Part shown: positions 1-12,921 of the stretch, one piece after another
How the letters are laid out: the number at the start of each line of letters is the position of its first letter
How positions within the stretch are numbered: the stretch's first letter is position 1
Assembly (NCBI RefSeq): GCF_004010195.1
Contig: NC_057757.1
Location: 5,816,532-5,879,844 of the forward strand
Source: Chiloscyllium plagiosum
Taxonomy: Eukaryota
Length of the DNA: 63,313 nt
Direction of reading: 5' to 3'
The notes under the pieces: model-generated
Seen by the model: the letters and a program-made list of their open reading frames with translations, nothing else
What the model was told of the DNA's origin: nothing
Database searches by the model: none
Position numbers and translations under genes: made by a program

Positions 1-1289
1 CTGTTGCAGTGCATCCTTCTCCGCCCCTGGAAGATGGGGATGGTTTTCTGCAAATTCAGCTGAAAACGGGAAAAACAGGTGAATTAGTGTTTAAGTACAC
101 CGACAGATGGTTTCCTGCTGTGCCTTGGCATTCGCTTTCAGCTCCCCTCCCAGCCCACCTCAAAAAAAAACTCGCGCAGGATGCTCGCAACAGTACTTCA
201 ACCCTCTTGGTTGTTCTCAGTCAGATTTCAACAAAGGAGGTTAATTCTGCAGGAGGTTCAATTCCAGATCTGTTGAAATTCCATTCTATCTGGAGAGCGT
301 TTGTTTGAGGTTGCAGGTGAAATGCTGATGGCTGTAGGTCTGTTGCACGGCGGTGCACAGCATTGGGTTCAAACTGCACAATAGGTGAGGAACAAGCTCC
401 AAAACTTCACTTCAACATCACTTCCCCTGGGGCTGTGCGACTCCACCCAGTTCAGATGCTTTCGTTTTATGAGCGGTGTTCCTCTCGCTTAATGTAAATT
501 TATATCAAAGTGCTCCCTTTTTTTTCCTTATGGTTGAAAAAGGAATCGAAAAATAGCCGTTTTATTTCTGGATTCACACTTTCGACTGAGTGCAAGATGG
601 TCTGTACGTCGGGAGGAAGAGTGTGTGTGTGAGAGAGTAACTGTGTCATATGTAAACACTTCCTGTGCTGATCAATTAGCTTACAATTCCTGTTGTAAAA
701 GTCAGCCGGGACCGTTGCAGAGGGAGCAGCTGTTCTGCTGAAGCAGCCTGTTGATTCAGTCCAGATCTGGGTTTCGTTTTTTGTCGAAAGGGAGCGGCTG
801 TTTTTAAGTGTCTTTTTAAAAAGTAGGAAGTGGACCATACTACTTAGGGTGGTGCCCGTCAGCTCCTTGATAGCTGTACCTCCTGTTAGCCCTGGCTCCA
901 CGGGTCGCAGGCTCTCTTCTGGGTCACTGGTTTGTGGCATCGAGTCCCAGTCCAAATCCACATTCCTACTGAGGGTGTTGCATTGTCGGAAGTGCTATTT
1001 CTGGGTGAAATTTCAAATTGTAGCCCCATATGTACCTTTTGAGTGGAGTTCAAAAGGTCCCTGGCAGTGCTGGTAGAAGAAGCATTTGGTGTAAATTCTG
1101 TTGTAGTTCAGATACAATGTGTTCAGGTCATGGACATAAACTGGTGATTCACATGAGCTTCTGTGAATGGGAATTGACTAAAACCTGATTAAACGTTTGG
1201 AGATGCATGTTTGCAATCTGTATTTCTGTCAATAAAGGCTGATGAGATTTGGGTACACTTTCACCCCAGCTTTCTGGAATAAAATTCTG

Positions 1290-1415
1290 GAACAACTTCC
1301 CATGTGCAAGTTAGCTGCTGCATTTCCTATGTTATAACAGAAACACACTTCATTGGCTACGAAGTGCTTTAAGGTGTCTTGAGATGATGTAAGATGCCAC
1401 AGAAATGAAAGCTTT
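1290..1415 (+). mobile_element. Deu-domain SINE (SacSINE1/AmnSINE-like) 3' fragment
   Basis: gtgcaagttagctgctgcatttcct...cttcattggct...gtgcttt resembles the recalled DeuSINE 3' part; a related body fragment lies at ~2345-2620. Confidence 0.5.
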
Positions 1416-1572
1416 CACTGGTTAACGTAAAGCTCTGCTGCTGTGAGTTCGGCGTCCCTTCTTGTGCTCGGACGGGTGCTAATCTGCATTTTTCTTTTGG
1501 TTTCCTGTTCTTGACAGGTTTCTGATTGGCCGAGTCGAAGTGGGCTAGAGGTGTTAGCTTTGACCGGAGACC

Positions 1573-1629
1573 ATGAGTGAGCTCGAGCAGTTGCGCCAAG
1601 AGGCAGAGCAGCTACGGAGCCAAATACGG
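1573..1629 (+). CDS. GNB2: G-protein beta-2 subunit, first coding exon (MSELEQLRQEAEQLRSQIR); exon probably begins at 1518 with 5'UTR
   Basis: ACCATGA start context at 1573; 57 nt followed by GTGAG donor at 1630; upstream polypyrimidine tract and acceptor ttgacAG at 1516-1517; matches the G-beta N-terminal coiled coil. Confidence 0.95.
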
Positions 1630-3034
1630 GTGAGCAAACCAAGAATATAAAGTGTTTTATTGGGAGCTGGCCGAAGCGCTGAGCTGTGAAACCATCATCA
1701 ATTGTTACACCCCTTCGAAAGTCATTTACTTGACTAATGAGAGGGGCTACTGCTTGCACCTTTGCCTTTCCTCCCCCCTCCTGAAGAAGGGAGGGAGTTG
1801 GCAGACGAGGCAGGGAGTGGAATATTAATGGAGAAGTCGGGCAGGCATGTTGGGAACACCTACTGTTGAAGGCAATAGGCACTGAGCAAGCTGCAGGATG
1901 AAAGTGGTATCCCACAGTGTCAGATGTCTTGATTTTAAACCTGCAGTGCCAGAACCTAAATGTTCCCTGGCATTGTCAATCAAGTCTGGAATTAAAGACA
2001 GCTCGAAATTTTTGAAGAGTAGCAGCTATTCTTTTTTTATGGCGTTTCATTGTCTCAAAATATTACCATGTACTTTAAATTTACTCACCTTAAAAAGTCA
2101 TTGGGAAGAATACCACGATCTCCTCCTGATCAATGCTTTGCAAAGTGCAGTGCTGGCTAAGTGTGGTATGAATGCCACTCATTCAGTGATGGACCCAGCC
2201 CAGAGTGGCACAGAGCAGTAATAACTCAGAATCAAATGAATTAGACTGTGTTTTTTCCCTCTGTCCCTGTGGGGATTGAGTCCACAGCTCAGATCCATAC
2301 ACAGTCTTGCCTGGAGTTTCATTCACTAATATTGTTGGATGTCAGCCATGGCTCAGTGTGTCAGCCCGCTTGAGTCGAAGGTTCCAAGTTTTGTCTCGCT
2401 TGAGCATTGAAATCTAGTCTGACATACACTGACCATCCCTCCCCAACAAAAAAAAAAATCATACTGAAGGAGCGCTGTACTGTCTGAGAGGCCGTCTAGA
2501 GGGTGAGATGTTAAACTAGAAGACCTCATGCACAACACATGTGGAGGTAAAAGAAACCATGGATCTAGGTATTGCTCCCTGGTGTCTGAAGGCTGAAATT
2601 CATCCTTCAATTAGCATAAAGAAAGCCAAGCGTCTGGTTCTTTATCACATTGCAATTGGTATAAACATGCTTCAGAATTGCTTCATTGGCAGTGACATAC
2701 AATTGTGGAAGAACTCTTGTATAAATGCTCTTTTTTTTTACAGGCATAAGTAGAAAGTTACTTTGAAGGACAGGAGCTCCTTGCTGTTGACAGCAACAGA
2801 GGCAACTTGACTTAGATCTATTCCCTACCAGGGCCTTGTGTGCATATGAATGTATCAAAAGGAGCAGATGTAGGACACTTGGTCCCTTGAATCTGCTTTG
2901 ACATTTCAGAAGATCATGGTTGATTTTTGTTTGTGGTTTGAATTCCACATTCAGATCTGCCCTAACAATCTTTAGATTGCATTACTCTACTGCAATCTAT
3001 CTACCACTGCCTTAAAAAATGTTCTAGAACCTTA

Positions 3035-3880
3035 TCAGACAAGAGGCTGGAAGAACACAGCATGCCAGGCAGCATCAGGAGGTGGAGAAGTCAGCGTTTC
3101 GGGTGTAACCCTTCTTCATGACTAGGGGCGGGTGTAGGGCGGGCTGCAGATAAAGGGGAAGGTGGGTACGGTGAAGACAGGTAGACTGTACAATCTAGTT
3201 GGTCAATGGGAAGAATGAATCCTGGCAGGGAGGAGAAGGAGCTGGAAAGGGGTTTGGGGATTGGAGAAGAAGGTGATTTGAAATTGGAGAACTCCATGTT
3301 GAGTCCTCTGGGCTGTAGGGTGCAAAGATGGAAGATAAGGTATTGTTCCTCCAAATAGGTGCTGTAGTTTGTTTTGGCAATGGAGGAGGCCAAGGGTGGT
3401 CGTGTCAGAAAGGGAGCAGTTGGGGGAATTAAAATGGTCAGCCCCTGCGGACCTGGCTGAGATGCTAGGTGAGCTGTTCCCTACGTTAACGTTCAGTGTC
3501 CCCCGATGTAGAGAAGGCCACATTGGGAGCACCCATTGCAGTAAGCTTGGTTGGAGGAGAGGCAGGTGAACCTCTGTCTCACCTGGAAGGACTGTCTGGG
3601 GCCTTGGATGGAGGTGACTGAAGTGGTGTACTGGCAGGTTTTGCATTTTTTTTTTCCCCCCCTTGCCTTGTGTTGGGAGGGGAGGGGTTTAGAATGGGGA
3701 AGGTGCGGCAGAGGGCTGTCTGGGTGACAGAGGGAGGAAAGGCATGTTGTTGATTTCATTTGGATCCCAGCATCTGCAGCTTTTTCCTCAGTTGACTTCT
3801 CCACCTGGTGATGCCTGGTGTGTTGTGTTCTTCCAGCCCTCTGCCTGTCTACTTTTGGATTTCAGCATCTGCAGTTCTGT
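3035..3880 (-). mobile_element. Truncated Penelope-like element (GIY-YIG remnant) with an inverted terminal copy
   Basis: Minus-strand frames give CKTCQY...FQVRQRFTC...CSQCGLLYIG and LEEQYLIFHL..LQPRGLNMEFSNFK; 3' end carries a decayed hammerhead motif (~3090-3122); ~3790-3880 is an inverted copy of that end. Confidence 0.75.
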
Positions 3881-4644
3881 CGTCATCAAAACCCTGCTCA
3901 AGCAGATTTGCAAAGTCTCAACCTTCTGAGAGAAAAGGATTCTCCTTGTTACTGTCCTTTAAAAGGCCACCCCTAATTTAAAAACAATGCCTCTTCGATC
4001 TGAACTCGTGCCCGAGAGGAAATATCCTTTCTTCATCCAACTTGTCAAGACCATTCACTATCTTCATATAAAAACCGAAAGAACTACAGGTGCTGTAAAT
4101 CCGAAACAAAAACTGAAGTTGCTGGAAAAGCTCAGCAGGTCTGGCAGCATCTGTGAAGCAATATCAAAGTTAACCTTTCAGGTTCAGTGACCCTTCATCA
4201 GAACTCCATACGTGCTGAGCTCTTCCAGGTCTTTATATGTTTGAGGACTGGGTTGCAAGAATTACTTTCCCCACACTTAAAGTTTCAACCACTGAAGATA
4301 AATGTTTTAATGTCACAAGAAAAACTAATTTGAAATGCTGCGAATGTGCCTTCAGCCAGATGTCATGCTGTGGTGCTGTTCCTGTAGCTATTAGGAACCA
4401 GAGATGGTCTTTTGCTCCTTCTAGCGTGTTCTGAGACTGTAGCTGATCTGCGACTTAGTGCTGTTTATACTTCTCTGTCTCATTTCTCTCAACATCCCAG
4501 GTTAACAGTCTATCAATCTGACATATAAAATTGAGTTGATTTAGCTGAAACAAGTTCCATACACTCTTTAAAATAAAAGCATGCATTCCTGGAATGTGGG
4601 TGTCATTGGTAAAGTTATCCCTAATTAACCTTGAGATGATTTGG

Positions 4645-6065
4645 AAATGCTGGTGTTGGACTGGGGTGTACAAAGTTTAAAAAATCACAACACCAGGCTA
4701 TAGTCCAACAGGTTTAATTGGCAGCACTAGCTCCTTCAGGTGGGTGTGGAGTATAAGATCATGAGACGCAGGATTTATAGCAAAGGTTGACAGTGTGATG
4801 TAACTGAAATTATATATTGAAAAAGCCTGGATTGTTTTAAGACTCATCTTTAAGACTTGAACATGTTTATTTCAGTTCGTTCATATGTAAATCGGAGAAA
4901 TTTTTAAAAGTTGCAATCTCAAGTGAACTTTAACAATTGGTGTCATGTCGGTCCAGATAATGTATTGAAGGTGTTAGCTCCCTGTGTGAGACTGTCTGTC
5001 TGTGCTACAATGGTCAGACTGATTCTAATCTAACAACCAGATTTACAGAAACTTACATGGATTCATGCAGTTTTTGAGCAAAATAAAATGGAATTCTGCA
5101 AGTACAAATTCACCCCACAAACGTGTGTGTGTGTGTGTCCATGTGGTTTTGTGTGTGCTCTAAGACATGGTACATTTGCGAGACTGAGCAGAGGCTACGA
5201 CATCAGATGAATGGACACCGCACAGAATCGACAGACAGGAGTGTTCCCTCCCAGTTGGAGAGCACTTCAGCGTTCCAGGACATTCAACCTCAGACCTTTG
5301 GGTGACCGTCCTTCAAGGCGAAGTTCGGGCAATTTGCATTGTTACCTGTTCTGTACAGATGCTGATAGCCAAGTTCGGTACCCATGGGGATGGCCTCAAC
5401 CGGGACCTTGGGTTCATATCCCACTACAGGTGACCCCACTGCACTACACATACACAGATGTGCACGTGCGCAAGCTCCCACACTCTCATGTACCTGCTCA
5501 CAGAATTATTACCCTTTAGACAAACGCGCGCACATTCTCACAGACACTCGTAACCCACCCACGTGTGTGCATGTGCATGCATACATATAAGTTTTTTTTT
5601 GTGAGGGGAATTTGTACTTGCAGAATTCCATTTTATTTTGCTCAAAAACTACATGAATCCAAGTAAGATTCTGTAAATCCATTTTTTAGATTAGAATCAG
5701 TCTGAACATTGTGGTACAGACAGTCTCTCACACAGGGCACCTCACACCTTCAATGCATTATCTGGGCCGACGTGACACTGTTAGCATTCACTTGAGAATG
5801 TAACTTTAAAAATGGTCTGCGATTTATATATGAAAGAACTGAAACCAACATGCTCATTCTAAAAGATGAGTGATTTTACAAATAATCCAGGTCTTTTTCA
5901 ATACATAATTTCACTTACGTTACACTGTAAACGTTTGCTATAAATTCTGTCTTATGATCTCATACTCCACAACCACCTGATGAAGGAGCAGTGCTCCGAA
6001 AGCTAATGCTTCCAAATAAACCTGTTGGATATCACCTAATGTTGTGAATTTTAACTTTGTACCCC
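4645..6065 (+). mobile_element. Penelope-like element: inverted pLTR (4645-5120), GIY-YIG C-terminal remnant (5165-5440) and pLTR (5590-6065)
   Basis: WYICETEQRLRHQMNGHR, LPVGEHFS and AKFGTHGDGLNRDLGF remnants; ~470-bp arms are diverged reverse complements; hammerhead motif at 5974-6008. Confidence 0.8.
5974..6008 (+). ncRNA. Minimal hammerhead ribozyme motif (PLE-type), stem I mismatched
   Basis: cac-CTGATGA-A-GGAGC-agt-GCTCC-GAAA-GCTA-atg. Confidence 0.65.
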
Positions 6066-6279
6066 TTGCGAAGCTGCTTTCTTGAATAGCTGCAATCCAT
6101 GTGGTGTAGGGATTCTTATCGTGCTATTAGGGAATGAATTCCAGGACTTTGAGCCAGAGACAGTGAGGAAAGAACAATACAGGATGGTGAGTGGCTTGAA
6201 GGAAGACTCCTACCATTCTGTGGGAGTTTTTCCAAATTTCACTCCTGGATGTAATTTGAGTCTGTGCTCACCATCGCCA

Positions 6280-6630
6280 AACCATTACCACCCAATGTCT
6301 GGAGGAAGAATGCCTCATCTTTCACCTTGGGACCCTGCAACCATACAGGGTCGATGTGGATTTCAACAGTTTCCTTATTTCCCCTCCCCCCACATTATCC
6401 CAGTCCCAAGCCTCCAACTCGACACTGCCCTCCTGACCTGTCTTTCTGCTCCACTCTCCTCTCTGACCTATCATCTTCTTCCCCCCCCCCCCACTTCACC
6501 CCTCTCCCATTTATCTCTCAGCAACCCACGGCCCAAAAACCTCATTCCTGATGAAGGGCCCGAAATGTCGATTCTCCTGTTGCTCGGATGCTGCCTGATC
6601 GGCTGTGCTTTTCCAGCACCAGACACTCAA
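6280..6630 (+). mobile_element. Penelope-like 3' fragment whose hammerhead motif has lost most of stem II
   Basis: EECLIFHLGTLQP remnant, then CCTGATGAAGGGCCCGAAATGTCGATT and the ctgcctga...cttttccagca tail. Confidence 0.65.
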
Positions 6631-7184
6631 TTCTGTAGTTTCTCCAGATTTTCTTCATTGCTTTGTGATGGCCTTAAATGCTTGAAAACTTTAATCAATG
6701 ACCCCTTCAACCACCTAAAGTATTGGAATGGCACCCCTAGTTTGTATAGTTATGCTCAGAATTTCCACCTTAGAGTCCAGGTGGTGCTGTTTGGAGAAGT
6801 CTCCACTACTTCAAGGCCAAAATATCCTTCAAATTGATTACAAGATGCACTGACCCAAGCTGAATCTCTACTGATGACCTTACTTGGCTGTTCAGTGGAA
6901 AAGATGGGTGTGCTTATCAAGTGAAGTGAAGACTGGATGCTCCCAGCTTTTGAATCACTGAATGCTTTCCTTTTTGAAAGGCTGGCTTCAAATTTACTTC
7001 ATCATTGCCCACGTTTCAATGGACAATCGGATTGGAGCAGTGTAAAACTGTTCTCTGTGGGGAATGCTAAATATAGTTTTTATTTCAAATTGAGGGCTGA
7101 TGTTTGATGGTACGGCGAAAGGTACGATGAGCCGGCGCTGACTTGGCCTCGTCCCTTTTTTAACTGTAACTTTGTTTGTTTCAG

Positions 7185-7223
7185 GATGCCAGGAAAGCAT
7201 GTGGGGACTCCACACTGACCCAG
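7185..7223 (+). CDS. GNB2: GNB2 coding exon 2 (DARKACGDSTLTQ)
   Basis: tttcAG acceptor, 39 nt, GTGAG donor; GDSTLTQ is the GNB2-type sequence (GNB1 has ADATLSQ). Confidence 0.95.
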
Positions 7224-7399
7224 GTGAGTGCTTTAACTGATCTGCGAGCAAAATGGACAGCTTTTCTTCCATCCTGGTCTGCCCTCAGTTTTTTTTTTGG
7301 GTTGATTTGAGATATCTATGCAACAAGATGTTGCAGCAAATTCGGGGGTTAATTGCACAGACCGCCGCAGTCCAGTCTAAATTCGTCAAGGCTGAGTTA

Positions 7400-7600
7400 T
7401 GATGTGGAGGAGCCGATTGGACTGGGGTGTACAAAGGATAAAAGCCACACGATGCCAGGTTATAGTCCCAACAGGTTTAATTGGAAGTACTAGCTTTCGG
7501 AGCGTCGCTCCTTCATCTGATTGGAGGTAGTTGTGATGAAAGCTAGTGCTTCTAAATAAATCTGTTGGACTATAACCTGGTGTTGTGTGGGTTTTAACTA
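7400..7600. repeat. Palindromic Penelope pLTR-end pair (hairpin)
   Basis: ccaggttatagtcc...ctagctttc followed by its reverse complement gaaagctag...ggactataacctgg. Confidence 0.7.
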
Positions 7601-8142
7601 AGGCTGAGGTAGTTAGACAAAAGAGCAGAGGGTATGGAGAGAAGGCAGGAACATGGAGTTGAGATGCCAAACTGAGCAACTGTGGTCCTATTCAATGGTG
7701 AAGCATCCTATTACTAGCAATGTGAGTTATAGGAGCAGAATTAGGCCATTCGACCCATTGAGTCTGCTCTGCTATTTGATTGTGTTTCTCAACCCATTCT
7801 CTTGCCTTCTGACTGTAACCCTTGTTTCCCTTGCTGATCTCTATCTCTATCTTATATACGCATTGACTTGGCCTCCCAGCCCATTGCGAATTCCACAGAT
7901 TCGCCACCCCCTGGCTGTAGAAATTCCTCCTCAAACCAGTTCTAAAGGGGTTGTCCCTACACTCGGAGGCTGTGCCTTCGGATCCTAGTCACTCCTACAA
8001 GTGGAAGCATCTTCGCCAAGTTCACTTTTTCCAGGAGTCTCTGTATTCTGTAAGTTTTCAATCAGATTCCGCCACCCCTTATCTTTCTAACTCTATTGAG
8101 TACAGAACCAGAGTCCTCAAGTGCTCTTCCTATGACAAGATT

Positions 8143-8345
8143 CGGAGATGCCGGTGTTGGACTGGGGTGTACAAAGTTAAAAATCGCACTACACCAGGTT
8201 GTAGTCCAACAGGTTTAATTGGAAGCACTAGCTTTCGGAGCGATGCTCCTTCATCAGGTGATTGTTGAAGGAGCGTCGCTCCGAAAGATGGTGCTTCCAA
8301 TTAAACCTGTTGGACTATAACCTGGTGTTGTGTGATTTTTAACTT
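8143..8345. repeat. Palindromic Penelope pLTR-end pair inserted in a minus-strand CR1 fragment (~7720-8450)
   Basis: 8175-8253 and 8266-8345 are near-perfect reverse complements; ttcctatgaca occurs on both flanks (~8127 and ~8345), TSD-like. Confidence 0.75.
8226..8260 (-). ncRNA. Intact minimal hammerhead ribozyme motif (PLE-type)
   Basis: Minus strand reads CAC-CTGATGA-A-GGAGC-atc-GCTCC-GAAA-GCTA-GTG: core intact, 5-bp stem II, palindromic AGCT stem III, CAC/GTG stem I. Confidence 0.75.
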
Positions 8346-10528
8346 CCTATGACACGGTCTTCATCCATGGGATCATTCTTGTAAATCTCCTCTGGACCCT
8401 CTCCAAGGCCAGTATATCATTTATTAGATACAGGACTCAAAACGGCCCACGTATGATCATGACTGGTCATATAGCTCAATTTCACTTTCATGTACTATTA
8501 TAGGAATAACTCTCCAGTCTAATGACAAGGTCTTGGTCTTGAATACATGCGACGCTGGGCAATATCCAACTCTCTGGAGAGAATTCCAAAGATTTTAAAC
8601 TCTGAAGGAGTTTCTTGCTCAACTCCTTCTTAAATTTTTAGCCGGGGTCGTAACCTGCTGTACCCCCGAGACTTTTGTTCGTCAACTCTATTGGAAACTT
8701 TGCCAATTAAAAATAATTTTTCACTCTTGATGGTATTGCTTCACAGGATCACATAAATAATGGTTGAAGCAATTGTTTTTGATCCTTGCTCCGGCTACCA
8801 ATTCCTTCATCCTTTTCCCTGGCACTTCAGACTAAACAGGCCTGTGTGGAACCCCAGTGTCATATTAGGCTTTAAGTTGAGCTAATGGCTGCATTTTGAC
8901 ACCAATGTTGAGATGACTTAAGTCAACCTCTGTTATGTTACCCCAGTTTTCCCATGCTTCTGCTCATCTGCTGAAACTTTCATCCGTACCTGCATAACTG
9001 CTGGATCTGATTGTTCTAACCGGTCTCCCACAATCTATCCTTCGTAAAACGTTGATGTAATTCGAGCGAGTGTTGCCTGCGTTTTAACCGACAGCAAGTC
9101 CCATTCCTCTGTCACCTGACCAGTTCCCACTCACCTACGTTGGCTCCTGGTCGAGCAGTGTCTTCGTTTTCAGGATTTCCTTCTTGTTTTCCAACCCTTC
9201 GCCCTTCCCTATCATTTTCAAGGGTCCCTGCCCACACCACCTTCCAAGATCTGTGCTTATATAATTCAAATCTAACTTGACCATCCATTGCCCTGCCTTC
9301 AGTGGCCACGCCTTCACTAGCTTGTCCATAATTTCTGGAATTCCAACCATGCACCACACAGGCTCTCTAACCTACTTTCCTCTTTGAAGGGCTCATGCCC
9401 GAAACGTCAATTCTCCTGCTCCTCGGATGCTGCCTGACCTGCTGTGCTTTTCCAGCACCGCACTCACTCTCAACACTAATCTCTTAGTGTTCTCCCCTGC
9501 CCTTTACATCACAAATCAATACATCATTGGAGTCAGAAAACAGTCCCGATCTGCTCCGTTTGTGAGAGCCCAAGCGAACTGTTTTAGTCCAGCTTCATTT
9601 GGTGCTAATGTCACTGAACTAGTGATCCTGAGGTGCACTCAGGAGCTCAGCAAAGCTCTTGGGATGCCTGTTCAAATCCCCAGAGTTTAAGTGAAGTTAA
9701 TAAATCTGGCAGGAAAGCTAGTCCCATCGATAGTGACCACGACAGTCACCATTGATTGTTATAACAAACTTACCTGGTTCACCCATGCTTTTGAGAAAGA
9801 AATCTCGTAACCTTACCCAGGCAGGCAATAGTTGCTGGCCATATGATATCCACATAGAGTCATACATGATATCCACATACATCATGGAAACACACCCTTC
9901 AGTCAAACTTGTCCACGCCGACCAGATATCTCGACCCAATCTAGTCCTATCTGCCAGCACCCGGCCCATATCCCTCCAAACCCCTTCCTATTCATATACC
10001 CATCCAAATGCTTTTTAAATGTTGCAATTGTACCAGCATGAAAGTACGCCCAACCCAGCATAGAGGAGGAATTAGACCCTGAATTTTTCTGTTCTCTACA
10101 ACATAATGAAATTTTTTATTACTCAACCATCAACGGGGTTGTATAGGCTGGTTTGTAACTCAGCTTTAATGCAGCCTTCTCACTGCAGGGCCCTTGCTAT
10201 TTTTCAATAACCTGCAGCATGGATTTATGTCCCCACTTTGTGTGATTTGTTGTGTGAATGTGTATTGGGAGAATTCTCTAGGGTTGAAAGGCAGGGAATA
10301 GCAACCCCTGTACATTTAATGTTCGTTGGTAACGATCTTGTGTTCAGGAGATTCCTCTTTTCATTAGAATCTGCTCCAAGTGCACACCTCTCTCAATAAT
10401 GGACGTATCCCTGATCTCCGGAATAGGAAAACCAGGCAGAGTTCTCCCTTTTTGATCTCAGTCGATCCGAACATGTATCGGAACAGGGTTAACCTCTATG
10501 CATTCAATACTGTGCTTGTCTCTTATAG

Positions 10529-10660
<132 letters not shown>

Positions 10661-10920
10661 TAGCATGTTTAATGCAGTGGAGATTGTGTATTGGGAAGGT
10701 GGTGGCTAGTGGTGTCACTGGATTAGCAATCCAGAGATCCTGGTTTATCTTCTGTAGATATGGATTCAAACTGTGGCAAATAGTGAAGTTTGAATTCAGT
10801 AAAAAGCTAGTTTAATGACGACTGCATAACCACTGTCAATTTGTTGCAAAAGCTCATCTAATTCAGTAATGTCCTTTTTTAGAGAAGGAAATCTGCTGTC
10901 TTTGTCTCGTTTTGCAAACA

Positions 10921-11218
10921 TACGGTGGCACAGTTACTCAGCAGTTAGCACTGCTGCCTCAGCGCCTGGGTCTAGGGTTTGATTCCAGCCTCGAGTGACT
11001 GTGTCTGTATGGTGTTCGCATGTTCTCCCTCTGTCTGTGTTGGTTTTCTTCGGGTGCACCAGTTTCTTCCCACAGTCCAAAGATGTGCAGGTTTGGTGGA
11101 TTGGCCGTGGCATATGTGTGATACAGGGAAAGGGTAGGGGGCTGGGACGATCTTTGGAAGGTTGGTGCAGATGCGATGGGTCGAATGGCCTCCTTTTGCG
11201 TGCTTGAGATTCTATGAT
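10921..11218 (+). mobile_element. HE1-type V-SINE inserted into an older tRNA-headed SINE (~10700-11335)
   Basis: tRNA-like head (tggcacag...gttagcactgctgcctca, ggtttgattcc), V-domain, CR1-like tail ending attctatgatt; the host SINE resumes at tgactccagac. Confidence 0.75.
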
Positions 11219-11584
11219 TGTGACTCCAGACACCCAGCAGTGTGGTTAACTCTTGACTGCCCTTGAGCAACTAGGGATGGACAATAAGTTCTGGCCCAGC
11301 CAGCAATATCGTCGTTCCCATGAATGAATTAACAAAAAAAAAAATCCAGAAGTGTCCTTAGCAGGTCTTTGGAGAGGATTTGACACTGAGCTTCACGGGA
11401 TTTTGAGAGTTGTGTTGAAAGCTTGGTGAAGGAGGTAGGTTTTGAGGAGAGAAGAGAAAGGCAACCAAAGAGGGAATTGCAAAACTTGGAGCTCAGGCTG
11501 CTGAAGGCAGGGCTGTCGATGATTGAATGATGAAGACTGGGAATGCTTTGGAGGGCACAAGTGGAGCAGTATCGAAATATTCGA

Positions 11585-11741
11585 GGAGAAAGTGAGGACT
11601 GCAGATGCTGGAGATCAGAGCTGAAAATGTGTTGCTGGAAAAGCGCAGCAGTGTCAGGCAGCATCCAGGGAACAGGGGAATCGACGTTTCGGGCATGAGC
11701 CTTTCTTCAGGAATCCTGAAGAAAGGGCTCATGCCCGAAAC
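11585..11741. mobile_element. Penelope pLTR-end palindrome with head-to-head hammerhead motifs, running into an N-gap
   Basis: gtttcgggcatgagcctttcttcagga-a-tcctgaagaaagggctcatgcccgaaac. Confidence 0.75.
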
Positions 11742-12269
11742 NNNNNNNNNNNNNNNNNNNNNNNNNNNNNNNNNNNNNNNNNNNNNNNNNNNNNNNNNNN
11801 NNNNNNNNNNNNNNNNNNNNNNNNNNNNNNNNNNNNNNNNNNNNNNNNNNNNNNNNNNNNNNNNNNNNNNNNNNNNNNNNNNNNNNNNNNNNNNNNNNNN
11901 NNNNNNNNNNNNNNNNNNNNNNNNNNNNNNNNNNNNNNNNNNNNNNNNNNNNNNNNNNNNNNNNNNNNNNNNNNNNNNNNNNNNNNNNNNNNNNNNNNNN
12001 NNNNNNNNNNNNNNNNNNNNNNNNNNNNNNNNNNNNNNNNNNNNNNNNNNNNNNNNNNNNNNNNNNNNNNNNNNNNNNNNNNNNNNNNNNNNNNNNNNNN
12101 NNNNNNNNNNNNNNNNNNNNNNNNNNNNNNNNNNNNNNNNNNNNNNNNNNNNNNNNNNNNNNNNNNNNNNNNNNNNNNNNNNNNNNNNNNNNNNNNNNNN
12201 NNNNNNNNNNNNNNNNNNNNNNNNNNNNNNNNNNNNNNNNNCAGCAGTGCTAACCACTGTGCCACCGTT

Positions 12270-12645
12270 GTGGGGTGACCTCCATAGCGGTTTACAAAAT
12301 CATGAGGGTGCAGATAAGGTGAATGGCAAGGGGCCTTTTCCTTAGCGTTGGGAAGTTCAAACTAGGGGGCATATTATTAAGGTGAAAGGAGAAAAATTTA
12401 ACAAGGACATGATGAGCAACTTTTCTACACAGTGGTTCATGCGTGGAATGAGTTTCCAGAGGAAGTCGTGTATGCAGGTACAGTTACAATGTTTAAAAGA
12501 CATTTGGATTAGTAGATAAATAGGAAAGGTTTGGTGGGATATGGGCTACGCACAGGGAAGTGGGACTAGCTTAGTTTAGGAGCACGGTTAGCATGGACTA
12601 GTTGCACTGAAGAGTCTGTTTCCATGCTATGTGACTCTATGACTA
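12270..12645 (+). mobile_element. CR1 LINE 3' fragment
   Basis: ggggtgacct...gtttacaaaatcatgagggt...ctgtttccatgctatgtgactctatgact tail. Confidence 0.75.
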
Positions 12646-12816
12646 GTGATTGCAATGTATGATGTGACTCTGAATTGGTTTGAGAGGTTCTGCGGATGTA
12701 AAAGGTGCTATATAAATGTAATCTGTCTTTGATCGTGATACTGCATGGTGTGATGGGGAGGCAGGAAGAAAGGGTTGAGGCTAGCTCTGTTTCAAAAATG
12801 TCTTCACTGCTCTTGA

Positions 12817-12921
<105 letters not shown>

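Noticed and set aside
1..1517. GNB2 non-coding exon 1 or promoter
   Set aside because: Some CpGs are present, but I could not pin down a TSS or donor site; it probably lies upstream of the window. ORFs 9..308 and 500..961 resemble no protein I recognise.
6082..6837. 251-aa ORF
   Set aside because: Chance read-through of LINE and Penelope fragments; no coherent domain or splice structure.
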